Assembly: GCA_036504095.1 (NCBI GenBank)
Contig: DASXVS010000002.1
Location: forward strand, 118,184-182,183
Direction of reading: 5' to 3'
From: Armatimonadota bacterium
Lineage (GTDB): Bacteria; Armatimonadota; DTGP01; JAKQQT01
DNA: 64,000 nucleotides
A model generated the notes under the pieces. That model was given only the letters and a program-made list of their open reading frames with translations. It was not told where the DNA came from and did no database searches. Below, piece by piece: positions 19,727 through 28,446 of the stretch. Position numbers and translations under genes: made by a program. Position 1 is the stretch's first letter. Each line of letters begins with the position of its first letter.

Positions 19727-21040
19727 CTACACTTCCCGCAGATCCACCACCCGCTTCGCCTTGCCCTCGCTCCGCGGGATGGTGCGCGGCTCCACCAGCC
19801 GGACCCTCACCGAAATTCCAAGCACGTGCGTGATCTCGCTGTGGATACGTTTCTCAAGGTCTTCGATGGCCCGGATTTCGTCGTTGAACATCGCGTCCGA
19901 CACCTCCACGCGGACCTCGATCTGGTCCAGATGCCCGGCGGCGCGGTCCACAACGATCAGGTAGTGCGGCTCCAGGTAGCCCAGTTCCAGAAGCGCCGAT
20001 TCGATCTGCGACGGGAAGACGTTCACACCGCGCACGATGAGCATGTCATCGGTGCGGCCCATCAGGCGCTCCATGCGGGTCACCGTGCGCCCGCACGCGC
20101 ACTTGTCCGTGTAGAGGCGCGAGAGGTCGCGCGTACGGTAGCGCAGCGCAGGCGCCGCCTGCCGGGAGATCGTCGTAAACACGAGTTCTCCGGTTGCGCC
20201 CGGCGGCAGGACCTCCTCCGTCTCGGGATCGATGATCTCCGGGATGAAGTGGTCCTCGCAGACATGAAGCCCGCACTGATGCGGACACTCATAGGAAACG
20301 CCAGGGCCGATCACTTCAGTCAGGCCGTAGATATCCAGCGCAGTGATCCCGAGCTTCGCCTCGATATCGCGCTGCATGGCGTTGGACCACGGCTCCGCCC
20401 CGAAGAACCCCACGCGCAGTTTCAGGGAGTCAAGCGGGATGCCTTCGTCGCGGATGGTCTCCGCCATGTACGCCGCAAACGACGGCGTGCACGCGAGAGC
20501 GGTGGCCCCGAAATCCTGAAGAAGCGTGATCTGGCGCTTGGTGTTGCCGCCCGAAACGGGAACGACCGTGGCGCCGACCCGCTCGGCCCCGTAATGAAGG
20601 CCCAGACCGCCGGTGAAAAGGCCGTAACCGTAAGCCACCTGGATGATATCGCCCGGAAAGACACCGCCGGCCGAAAGCGTCCGCGCGATGCATTCCGCCC
20701 AGAGCGCGATGTCGTCGCGCGTGTAGCCGACGACGATCGGCTTACCGGTGGTTCCCGAGGAGGCGTGAACCCGGACCACGTCGCCCATCGGGGAGGCAAA
20801 CAGGCCGAACGGGTAGTTGTCCCGCAGGTCGGTCTTCACCGTGAAAGGGAGGACATGGAGGTCGTCGATTCCACGGATGTCGCCCGGGCAGATGCCCTTC
20901 GCGTCCATCGCCTTACGGTAGTGTGGCACGTTGTCGTAGCAGCGCCGCACCGTATCGCGAAGCCGTTGTGATTGCAGTTCGCGCATGGCATCGCGATCCA
21001 TGCATTCGATCTGTTTGTTCCAGATGATGGTGTTGGTCAT
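19727..21040 (-). CDS. paaK: Phenylacetate-CoA ligase
   Basis: 437 aa; adenylate-forming motifs SSGTTGKP and YGLTE; start placed by codon arithmetic at MTNTIIWNKQ; the 5' remainder of the 696-aa track ORF is read-through. Confidence 0.85.
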   Translation of the reverse strand: MTNTIIWNKQIECMDRDAMRELQSQRLRDTVRRCYDNVPHYRKAMDAKGICPGDIRGIDDLHVLPFTVKTDLRDNYPFGLFASPMGDVVRVHASSGTTGKPIVVGYTRDDIALWAECIARTLSAGGVFPGDIIQVAYGYGLFTGGLGLHYGAERVGATVVPVSGGNTKRQITLLQDFGATALACTPSFAAYMAETIRDEGIPLDSLKLRVGFFGAEPWSNAMQRDIEAKLGITALDIYGLTEVIGPGVSYECPHQCGLHVCEDHFIPEIIDPETEEVLPPGATGELVFTTISRQAAPALRYRTRDLSRLYTDKCACGRTVTRMERLMGRTDDMLIVRGVNVFPSQIESALLELGYLEPHYLIVVDRAAGHLDQIEVRVEVSDAMFNDEIRAIEDLEKRIHSEITHVLGISVRVRLVEPRTIPRSEGKAKRVVDLREV

Positions 21041-21120
21041 TTGGCCCTCATAGAGAATTGAGGGTTGAGAATTGAGATCTGAGGGTCCGGAGTCCGGTCT
21101 CATTTCTCCATTCTCATATC

Positions 21121-21783
21121 TCAAATCTGATGCTCCCACCCCGCGGCCAGGGCGCGTCGGTTCGACTCCAGGAACTTCGGCTTCACGGTGTCCGCCAGCG
21201 CCTGCTCCCATATTTCGCGCGGCAGGCCCAGTTCCCTGCCCAGACGTCCCAGAAGCACGACGTTCGCGGCTCGGGCGTTGCCGGCTTCGCACGCGAGGCG
21301 GTCGGCGTCCATGGCGAACACCTTCCCGCGCCGTGACACCGACTTCTCGACACCCTGCGGGTATTTCGCCGTGCCAAGGATCACCGGCATTGGCGAGATG
21401 ATCTGCGTGCTCATGATAACAGCCGCATCCGGCTTCAGCATGTGCGACCAGCGCAGCGCTTCCAGTTGCTCGAAAGCCAGTATGAAATCCGCTGTTCCCG
21501 GGTCGATCGTGGGTGCGAAAATGCGGTCGCCGATTCGCACCTGGGTCACCACGGCGCCGCCGCGCTGGGCCATGCCGTGAGTTTCGGAGAACTTCACGTC
21601 TTTGCCCGCAAGTAATGCCACGCGGGACAGAATTCGCGCCGCCAGTATCGTCCCCTGCCCGCCAACACCAACAATGAGTATTGAGGTCGGGTCCAGGGCT
21701 GAGGGCTGAGGGCTGAAGGCTGGGAGAGACGCAGGTATCGGCGCGGCGCCTGAATCTTGAATCCTGGATACTGGATCCTTCAT
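21121..21783 (-). CDS. iorB: Indolepyruvate ferredoxin oxidoreductase, beta subunit (with ~25-aa repeat-derived N-terminal extension)
   Basis: ILIVGVGGQGTILAARIL core; ATG overlaps the iorA stop in an ATGA arrangement, so the extension encoded by GGGCTGAGG words is probably translated. Confidence 0.8.
   Translation of the reverse strand: MKDPVSRIQDSGAAPIPASLPAFSPQPSALDPTSILIVGVGGQGTILAARILSRVALLAGKDVKFSETHGMAQRGGAVVTQVRIGDRIFAPTIDPGTADFILAFEQLEALRWSHMLKPDAAVIMSTQIISPMPVILGTAKYPQGVEKSVSRRGKVFAMDADRLACEAGNARAANVVLLGRLGRELGLPREIWEQALADTVKPKFLESNRRALAAGWEHQI
21695..21723. repeat. GGGCTGAGG word repeat inside the iorB 5' end
   Basis: GGGCTGAGGGCTGAGGGCTGAAGGCTGGG; encodes AFSPQPSALDP on the minus strand; the same words occur at 29281 and 60800..60951. 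Confidence 0.55.
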
Positions 21784-23516
21784 AGCTCCAGCGCTCCCGT
21801 CTGGCAAACGGTGACACACAGGCCGCACGAGGTGCACATCCCTTCGTTGATCACTGGCCTCTCATCATCGCTCCAGGAAATGGCCGGGCAGCCGGGATCC
21901 ATGCACATCTGGCAACTGGCGCACGCTTCGTCCACCACTTTGACGGCCCTGCCCTCGAGGGTCGTGAGAAGCACGCACGGCCGCCGCGCGATAATGACGG
22001 ACACCTCGGGCGCCTGCGTCTCTTCCTTGAGGGCTTGCTCAAGCCCCTCGATATCCAACGCGTCCAGCACGCGGATCCGGCGCACACCGAGGCCCTTGCA
22101 GATATCCTCGAGCACGGCCTGCGGCGCCGGACGCCCCTTGGCATCCTTTCCTGTTGCCGGGTGGTCCTGATGACCCGTCATCGCGGTGGTCGCGTTGTCC
22201 AGGATCAGAACCGTCCCGTGGCTACCGTTATAGACCATGTCCAACAGGCCGGTCATCCCGCTGTGAAGGAACGTTGAATCGCCGATCACTGCGACGGTCT
22301 TCTTCGCGTTCGCGGGATCCGCCTTTTCCATGCCCAGCGCGAGGCCGATGCTGGCCCCCATGTCCATGAACATGTCCAGCGCGTTGAGCGGCGGCAGCGC
22401 GGCGAGCGTGTAACAGCCGATATCGCCGGTTACGATCAGCCTCAATCGATTCAGCGTGAGAAACACGCCGCGGTGCGGACAGCCCGGGCACAACACCGGA
22501 GGGCGTCCCGCGGCCTCTTCCGGCGCGAACGGCGCGGGCGGCGGCGGCGGTTCAGCCATCGCTTTGGCGATCGCCGTCTTCACCATCGTTGTGGAAAGCT
22601 CCCCGATGCGCGGCAGGCCGAGTGGCACGATTTTTACGCCGGCCAGTCGAACATTTTCCGCGAGGAACGGCTCCAACTCCTCGACCACGACCACCTTCTC
22701 AACGCCCTCCGCGAACTCGCGGACCAGCTTCTCCGGTAGCGGGTAGGAGCACCCCAATTTCAGCACGCTGGCATCCGGGCGAGCCTCCTTCACGTATTGA
22801 TAGGAGATCCCGGAGGTGATGATGCCGAGTTTGCGATCGCCCCATTCGATCCGGTTGATCGGCGTTGTTTCGGACCAGGCGGCCATTCGGTCGAACCGCG
22901 CCAGCACATCCGGCTGCCGGAGTTTGGCGTGCCCCGGGATCATCACGTATTTACGGACGTCCTTCTTATAGGGCCGCAGTTCGCAGGGTGTGCGCTCGCC
23001 GATCTCGACGAGGCTCTTCGAGTGCGAAATGCGCATAGTGGTCCTGAGGATCACTACCGTGTCCAGCTGCTCGGACATTTCAAGCGCCGCGCGCACCAAA
23101 TCCTTGCATTCCTGGCTGTCGGATGGCTCTAGCACAGGAATTCGCGCGAAGCGGCCATAGAAACGGTTGTCCTGCTCGTTCTGGGACGAGTGGATCCCCG
23201 GGTCGTCCGCGCTGACGAGCACGATGCCGCCGTTAACGCCGGTGTAAGCGAGGGTGAGAAGCGGGTCGGCAGCCACGTTCACGCCGACGTGCTTCATAGC
23301 CGCCAGCGAACGGGCGCCGGCCATGGACCCGCCGATGGCGACCTCCAACGCAACCTTCTCGTTAGGCGACCATTGCGCGGCGATATCGTCGTACCGCGCG
23401 ATGTTCTCCAGAATTTCAGTGCTGGGCGTGCCGGGATACGCCGCCGCCACCCGGACCCCATATTCATAAGCGCCCCGCGCAACGGCCTCGTTGCCCGAGA
23501 GCAGTTCCTTGCTCAA
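21780..23516 (-). CDS. iorA: Indolepyruvate ferredoxin oxidoreductase, alpha subunit
   Basis: 578 aa; thiamine-diphosphate-type segments (GDIGCYTL, GDSTFLHSG) and C-terminal ferredoxin-type Cys clusters (CASCQMC, CTSCGLC). Confidence 0.85.
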   Translation of the reverse strand: MSKELLSGNEAVARGAYEYGVRVAAAYPGTPSTEILENIARYDDIAAQWSPNEKVALEVAIGGSMAGARSLAAMKHVGVNVAADPLLTLAYTGVNGGIVLVSADDPGIHSSQNEQDNRFYGRFARIPVLEPSDSQECKDLVRAALEMSEQLDTVVILRTTMRISHSKSLVEIGERTPCELRPYKKDVRKYVMIPGHAKLRQPDVLARFDRMAAWSETTPINRIEWGDRKLGIITSGISYQYVKEARPDASVLKLGCSYPLPEKLVREFAEGVEKVVVVEELEPFLAENVRLAGVKIVPLGLPRIGELSTTMVKTAIAKAMAEPPPPPAPFAPEEAAGRPPVLCPGCPHRGVFLTLNRLRLIVTGDIGCYTLAALPPLNALDMFMDMGASIGLALGMEKADPANAKKTVAVIGDSTFLHSGMTGLLDMVYNGSHGTVLILDNATTAMTGHQDHPATGKDAKGRPAPQAVLEDICKGLGVRRIRVLDALDIEGLEQALKEETQAPEVSVIIARRPCVLLTTLEGRAVKVVDEACASCQMCMDPGCPAISWSDDERPVINEGMCTSCGLCVTVCQTGALEL

Positions 23517-23588
23517 ATGATGCCTCCCCTACATGCTTACGATACCGCGCCGCAAGGGGGGCAGGTCAAAAGGGGCGGGAGACGAGAA

Positions 23589-24176
23589 TCAGGATGACTG
23601 CGGATGGCCAAGCGGAGGGGGCGGGGCGTCCACATGCGCCGGTGTGCCAGCCAGGTGCTCCCGCCACCATCGTTGGACCGCCAGGAACGCGAACCCCGAC
23701 ACAACTCCGAACGCGGAACCTGCGATGACGTCTGAGGGGTAGTGCATCCCGAGATAAGGCCGCGAGTAGCAGGTGAGGAGCGTAAACGGTATCAGCGCCG
23801 CGAGCCAGATGGGGCGGCGGGCTCCGAGCAGCACGGACACAAGCCAGGCGTAATGGGCGTGGCCGGACGGAAAAGAACTCGTGTACCACAACGGCCCCAC
23901 CTGCCGCACACCATCGAGCGCAAGGAAGGGCCGCTCGCGGAATCCGTAAAGCGCCACAAGCTCAAACAGAAGGCGGTCCGCCAGGAGGAGCGCGACGCCG
24001 ACGGCAGCCCATTCCTTCCAGCGCCCCCTGGGCGCTCCGACGAGTGTGCCCAAGACCAGCATCGCCAGCAGAAGACCGTGCTCTCCGAGGTACGAGATCG
24101 GATACAGCACGGCATCGAGCGCAACGCAGTGGTGCCCGTTCATCCAGAATAAGGTGCGTACATCCCAAGCCATCAA
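23589..24176 (-). CDS. PAP2-family membrane phosphatase
   Basis: PAP2 signature residues SFPSGHA and HYPSDV; multiple TM segments. Confidence 0.7.
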   Translation of the reverse strand: MMAWDVRTLFWMNGHHCVALDAVLYPISYLGEHGLLLAMLVLGTLVGAPRGRWKEWAAVGVALLLADRLLFELVALYGFRERPFLALDGVRQVGPLWYTSSFPSGHAHYAWLVSVLLGARRPIWLAALIPFTLLTCYSRPYLGMHYPSDVIAGSAFGVVSGFAFLAVQRWWREHLAGTPAHVDAPPPPLGHPQSS

Positions 24177-24364
24177 AGGGGTTCTCCCCTCTGTTCCTCG
24201 GAGCCCACTATTCGCCCGCCCTCACCGCTAGCGAGACCCCAGGATCCTGCGCGTGACTAGACACCGATATGCTCTATCGACGGATTATATCACGATGGGT
24301 ATGCAAAGAAACCGCGCCAAACCTCTCTTCATCGCTCCTATGAGGGGCGCACGCACAACTGGAG

Positions 24365-24373
24365 TGGTATAAT
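24365..24373 (+). promoter_or_regulatory. Candidate extended -10 promoter TGgTATAAT upstream of brnT
   Basis: TGGTATAAT about 25 nt before the brnT start. Confidence 0.35.
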
Positions 24374-24397
24374 GAGGTAGCGCGGAGGCGCGGCCCG

Positions 24398-24673
24398 TTG
24401 ATTTTCGAATGGGATCCTCACAAAGCGGGGCTGAACGAAGCGAAACATGGGGTGCGGTTTGAAGAAGCCGCGAGCGCCTTGGCCGATCACTTGTCGCTGA
24501 CGAACCCGGATCCGTTGCACTCCGAAGAGGAAGACCGGTTTGTCACGTTTGGGATGTCTTCACGGCAGCGCGTGATCGTTGTCGTTCATACAGCGCGAGA
24601 AGGCCGAATTCGGCTGATAGGTGCACGCGTAGCGACACCGCGTGAAGTGAGAGCATATGAGCACAACCCTTGA
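24398..24673 (+). CDS. brnT: Type II toxin BrnT (DUF497 ribonuclease toxin)
   Basis: MIFEWDPHKAGLNEAKHGVRFEEA N-terminus matches the BrnT-family start; 91 aa. Confidence 0.75.
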   Translation: MIFEWDPHKAGLNEAKHGVRFEEAASALADHLSLTNPDPLHSEEEDRFVTFGMSSRQRVIVVVHTAREGRIRLIGARVATPREVRAYEHNP

Positions 24674-24881
24674 TCCGGACATGCTGGCTGAATATGAGTT
24701 TGAAGGTGGAGAGCGCGGCAAGTTCGCCGCGGACTACGCGCACGGCACAAACATCATAATCTTGGAACCGGAACTGATGGACGTTTTTCCGGACAGTGAA
24801 AGCGTCAACGCGGCGTTGCGCCCATTAGCGAACCTGATTCGGTCTCGAACCCTGTCGACTGCTCCATCCGCGAAGACTTAG
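24657..24881 (+). CDS. brnA: Antitoxin BrnA-like
   Basis: 74-aa ORF overlapping the brnT 3' end; YEFEGGERGKFAADYAHGTNII resembles BrnA. Confidence 0.65.
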   Translation: MSTTLDPDMLAEYEFEGGERGKFAADYAHGTNIIILEPELMDVFPDSESVNAALRPLANLIRSRTLSTAPSAKT

Positions 24882-24918
24882 CCGGCGCGGCTCAATCGGC
24901 CGCCTTCTTCGCTCCACG

Positions 24919-25719
24919 CTATAGCGCCCGTAGCCCCAGTTCGGCTTCGATCTCGACCAGAAGCTTGCGGTCCTCGTGCGTGAAATTGTGCCTCTTCAGG
25001 AGGTCCGGCCGGCGCTCCAACGTCAGGCGCATACTCTCCTTCCTGCGCCAGCGGCGGATCGCCTCGTGGTTGCCGCCCAGCAGAATCTCGGGTATCCTCC
25101 ACCCCCGATACTCCGCCGGCTTGCTGAAATGCGGGTATTCGAGCAGCCCCTCGCTGAACGATTCTTCTTCGAACGACTCGCCGCGGCCCAGCACGCCCGG
25201 GATGAGCCGCGCCACGGAGTCCACGATCGCCATTGCCGCAATCTCGCCACCGGTGAGCACATAGTCGCCGATAGAAACCTCGTCGGTCACCAGATGTTCC
25301 CGCACCCGGTCATCCACGCCTTCGTAACGCCCGCAGAGGATGACCAGGCGGCCGCACGCGGCGAACTCCTCGGCTTTGCGCTGCGTATAGGGCTTGCCGC
25401 CGGGCGTGGTGAGCACTACACGCGCGCCGGTTTCGCCCGCCGTCAGGTCCTCCACGCAACGGAAAATCGGATCCGGGATCATCACCATGCCGGCCCCGCC
25501 GCCGAACGGCGTGTCGTCCGTCTGGTGGTGTTTATCCGTGGTGTAATCGCGCAAATTCACCGCGCGCAGATCGAGCAAGCCCTTGTCCCGGCCGATCTTG
25601 AGCATCGAGTTGTTCAGCACGCCGTCGAGCATCTCGGGGAAGATGGTCACTATGTCTACACGCAGCCTCGCGGCAGTAATCGCGTTGACCTCGTTCTTCT
25701 CGATCGGGCAATCATTCAT
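24919..25719 (-). CDS. trmD: tRNA (guanine37-N1)-methyltransferase
   Basis: 266 aa; VDIVTIFPEML near the N-terminus, SPOUT-type SIGDYVLTGGE; start placed by codon arithmetic. The rest of the 869-aa track ORF is the antisense shadow of the gene at 25780..27834. Confidence 0.8.
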   Translation of the reverse strand: MNDCPIEKNEVNAITAARLRVDIVTIFPEMLDGVLNNSMLKIGRDKGLLDLRAVNLRDYTTDKHHQTDDTPFGGGAGMVMIPDPIFRCVEDLTAGETGARVVLTTPGGKPYTQRKAEEFAACGRLVILCGRYEGVDDRVREHLVTDEVSIGDYVLTGGEIAAMAIVDSVARLIPGVLGRGESFEEESFSEGLLEYPHFSKPAEYRGWRIPEILLGGNHEAIRRWRRKESMRLTLERRPDLLKRHNFTHEDRKLLVEIEAELGLRAL

Positions 25720-25779
25720 ACTGCAATTGTAGACCGCCTGCGCCCGCGCCAGGCTGCACCATGAGGAACCGGAATCTGT

Positions 25780-27834
25780 ATGCAACCTATCGTGAACCTG
25801 TGGAACGACTCGGAGGCCGCCGCGCTCGGCGACGTCGATATCCTCGCCTATGTGTCCCGTCTGCTCGGCGCGGATCCCAGCCTCGTCGTCTGGGGTGGAG
25901 GCAACACATCCATCAAGACCAGTGAGACGGATTTCCGAGGCCGCCACGTCGCGGTGCTCCGCGTGAAAGGCAGCGGCAGCGACCTCAAGGCCGCCAAGCC
26001 CGCCGATTTCCCTGCGGTTTTCATGGACGACCTGCTGCCGCTGCTCAACCGCGGCGCGATGAACGACGAGGAGATGGTCTCGTGGGTGAACCACTCCCTC
26101 CTCGAACCGAACTCGCCGCGCCCGAGCATTGAGACGCTCCTCCACGCCTTCGTGCCCGCGAAATGCGTTCTGCACAGCCACGCTGACGCCATCGTGGCGC
26201 TCACCAACAACGAACGCGGCGAAGAGGTTATCCGCGAGGTATTCGGCGAAGACCTTGGCGTCATCCCGTACATTCGGCCCGGCTTCCGGATGTCTCAGAT
26301 GGTCGGCGAGGCAGCCCGCAAAAACCCGGCGCTGAAAGGCGTCGTCCTGATGAACCACGGGCTGGTCACATGGCATGACGACCCGCGCGAAGCCTATGCG
26401 CTGCACGTGGAAATGGCGAACCGCGCCGTTGCCGGCATCCGGCATCCTGCATTCAGCATTCAGACTCCAGAGTCCGTCCTGGATGCTGAATGCAGGATGC
26501 AGAATGCTGCGTCTCTCGCGCCGACGCTGCGCGGCCTTCTGGGCGCGGACAAGCGCGTGGTGATGCGGTACGACGACTCCGAAGATGTCCTTCGGTTCGT
26601 GAACTGGGACCGCGCGCCGGAAGCGACCCGGAAGGGCGCCGCCACGCCGGACCACATCCTCAGCAGCAAGCGCCGTCCGATGTGGGTGATCGCGGACAAC
26701 CCGGCCGACATCGAAAGCCTCCGCACCGCCGCGCGGGAAGGCCTGGAGGACTGGCACCGCGATTACCGCCAGTGGTACGAAACGTTCAACTCCGGCGAGG
26801 AAATGCTGCCGCCGTACCCCCGCGTCATACTCGTGAAGGGATTGGGCATGTTCACCGCGTGGGACAACTCGGCCAGGGCCGTTATCCCGGCGGATATCTA
26901 CCACCATACCATCTCCATCATCGAAGCGGCGGAAAGCATCGCCCCGTACCGAAGCCAGTCCGACGCCGACGCCTTCGCCTCGGAATACTGGCCGCTGGAA
27001 CTCTACAAGCTCACGCTCGCGCCGCCGGAAAAGGAACTCGCCCGGCGCGTGGCGCTGGTGACGGGCGCCGCCGGCGCGATCGGCGCGGGCATCGCGCGCA
27101 AGTTCGCCGCCGCGGGCGCACACGTAATCTGCGCCGATCTCGACCTGCCGAAAGCGCCATCGCTGGCTTCTGACATCACCGCCGCGAACAAGGCGAACCC
27201 CGCGTTGGCCGTCGAAATGGACGTCACGAGCGAGCCGTCGGTCCAGGCAGCGTTCCGGCAGATCGCTCTGGCGTACGGCGGCATCGACATTCTCGTTTCC
27301 AACGCCGGCATCGCGCATAGCTGCCCCATTGACTGTCTGGAACTCGCCGACTGGCAGCGAAGCCTCGATGTGAACGCCACCGGCCATTTCCTGGTAGCGC
27401 GCGAAGCGCTGCGGATGATGAAGCAGCAGGGGACCGGTGGAAGCCTTGTTTTCATCGCGACCAAGAATGTCACCTCGCCCGGAAAGGACTTCGCGGCCTA
27501 CAGCGCGGCGAAATCCGCCGAGGCGCAATTGGCGAAGGTTCTGGCGCTGGAGGCGGGCCCGTTCGGCATCCGCAGCAATATGGTTAATCCGGATGCGGTA
27601 TTCGAGGGCAGCGGATTATGGTCGGACGAGGTGCGGGAGCAGCGTGCGAAGGCGCAGGGTATCCGGCCGGAGGAAATCGAGGAGTTCTATCGGAAGCGCA
27701 ACATCCTGCAGGCGAACGTAACGGCCGAGGATGTGGCGGAAGCGGCGTTGTTCCTGGCATCGGACCGCAGCGCCAAGACGACGGGCGCGATGATCCCGGT
27801 TGACGGCGGGATCAAGGACGCGTTTCCTCGGTAG
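25780..27834 (+). CDS. Bifunctional rhamnulose-1-phosphate aldolase / short-chain dehydrogenase
   Basis: N-terminal class II aldolase-like domain and C-terminal SDR domain (TGAAGAIG Rossmann motif, YSAAK catalytic motif); 684 aa. Confidence 0.8.
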   Translation: MQPIVNLWNDSEAAALGDVDILAYVSRLLGADPSLVVWGGGNTSIKTSETDFRGRHVAVLRVKGSGSDLKAAKPADFPAVFMDDLLPLLNRGAMNDEEMVSWVNHSLLEPNSPRPSIETLLHAFVPAKCVLHSHADAIVALTNNERGEEVIREVFGEDLGVIPYIRPGFRMSQMVGEAARKNPALKGVVLMNHGLVTWHDDPREAYALHVEMANRAVAGIRHPAFSIQTPESVLDAECRMQNAASLAPTLRGLLGADKRVVMRYDDSEDVLRFVNWDRAPEATRKGAATPDHILSSKRRPMWVIADNPADIESLRTAAREGLEDWHRDYRQWYETFNSGEEMLPPYPRVILVKGLGMFTAWDNSARAVIPADIYHHTISIIEAAESIAPYRSQSDADAFASEYWPLELYKLTLAPPEKELARRVALVTGAAGAIGAGIARKFAAAGAHVICADLDLPKAPSLASDITAANKANPALAVEMDVTSEPSVQAAFRQIALAYGGIDILVSNAGIAHSCPIDCLELADWQRSLDVNATGHFLVAREALRMMKQQGTGGSLVFIATKNVTSPGKDFAAYSAAKSAEAQLAKVLALEAGPFGIRSNMVNPDAVFEGSGLWSDEVREQRAKAQGIRPEEIEEFYRKRNILQANVTAEDVAEAALFLASDRSAKTTGAMIPVDGGIKDAFPR
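26440..26512. repeat. Imperfect palindrome embedded in the aldolase/SDR coding sequence
   Basis: GCATCCTGCATTCAG ... CTGAATGCAGGATGC perfect 15-bp inverted repeat with flanking CATTCAG/CTGAATG words, coding for ..GIRHPAFSIQTPESVLDAECRMQNAAS.. Confidence 0.5.
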
Positions 27835-27837
27835 CGC

Positions 27838-28176
27838 TCAGGAGCCCGTGGCCGGCGGCCACGGCAGGGAACGCAGCACCTCCGTGTCTGAGAAACCGCA
27901 GTCCAGACAGGCAGGCACGTCCGAACCGCCCTCGATCGGGGGGACGAAGGCGTGCTCAACCGGGCGGTGGCACTGGCTGCACCATCGCCATTTCTCATCC
28001 ACGAGGAAGCGGTAATAGTCGCGAGCCATATGCTTCCAGTGGTACAGGGCGGGTCTCATGATCCCATCCTCCGTTGGAAGACCCCTGTTGGCGTCTTCCC
28101 TCCACAGGATATATACCACACTGGGGCGCGCCATCAAACAGTTAGCGGACGGACATTGGATGCGCCATTCGCCCAC
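27838..28176 (-). CDS. Small Cys-rich hypothetical protein (possible zinc ribbon)
   Basis: C-x2-C ... C-x2-C arrangement (CSQCH, CLDCG); weak call. Confidence 0.3.
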   Translation of the reverse strand: MGEWRIQCPSANCLMARPSVVYILWREDANRGLPTEDGIMRPALYHWKHMARDYYRFLVDEKWRWCSQCHRPVEHAFVPPIEGGSDVPACLDCGFSDTEVLRSLPWPPATGS

Positions 28177-28446
28177 TTCCGCCCGTCGGCCAAAGCGGTC
28201 GGATAGCCCTGTCGGTTGGTCGATCCGCCGATTCCAAACGCCGCCTATGCGCTCGTTACAACCGCGGCGTCCGCCGTCGGACGGTTCCCCGTTCCCGTCT
28301 AAACCTGCGTCAGTCGGTGCGCCACTCGTTCACGGTGCGTCGGGCAAGGGAACACGCGTGGAATACGGCTCGCGGCCGCTATGCCGGGGGCCCTTCGTTT
28401 GGGCGAGCGCCCGGGAAGGTAAACATGTAAGCAAGGGAGAAGAAAA

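Noticed and set aside
19826-20971. 381-aa plus-strand ORF inside paaK
   Set aside because: Antisense to a gene with strong adenylate-forming motifs; the translation is Arg/Asp-rich without any domain signature.
25720-27528. Upstream part of the 869-aa minus-strand ORF that contains trmD
   Set aside because: Only the 3' 801 nt encode TrmD; the rest is antisense to the well-supported aldolase/SDR gene and has a low-complexity Arg/Gly-rich translation.
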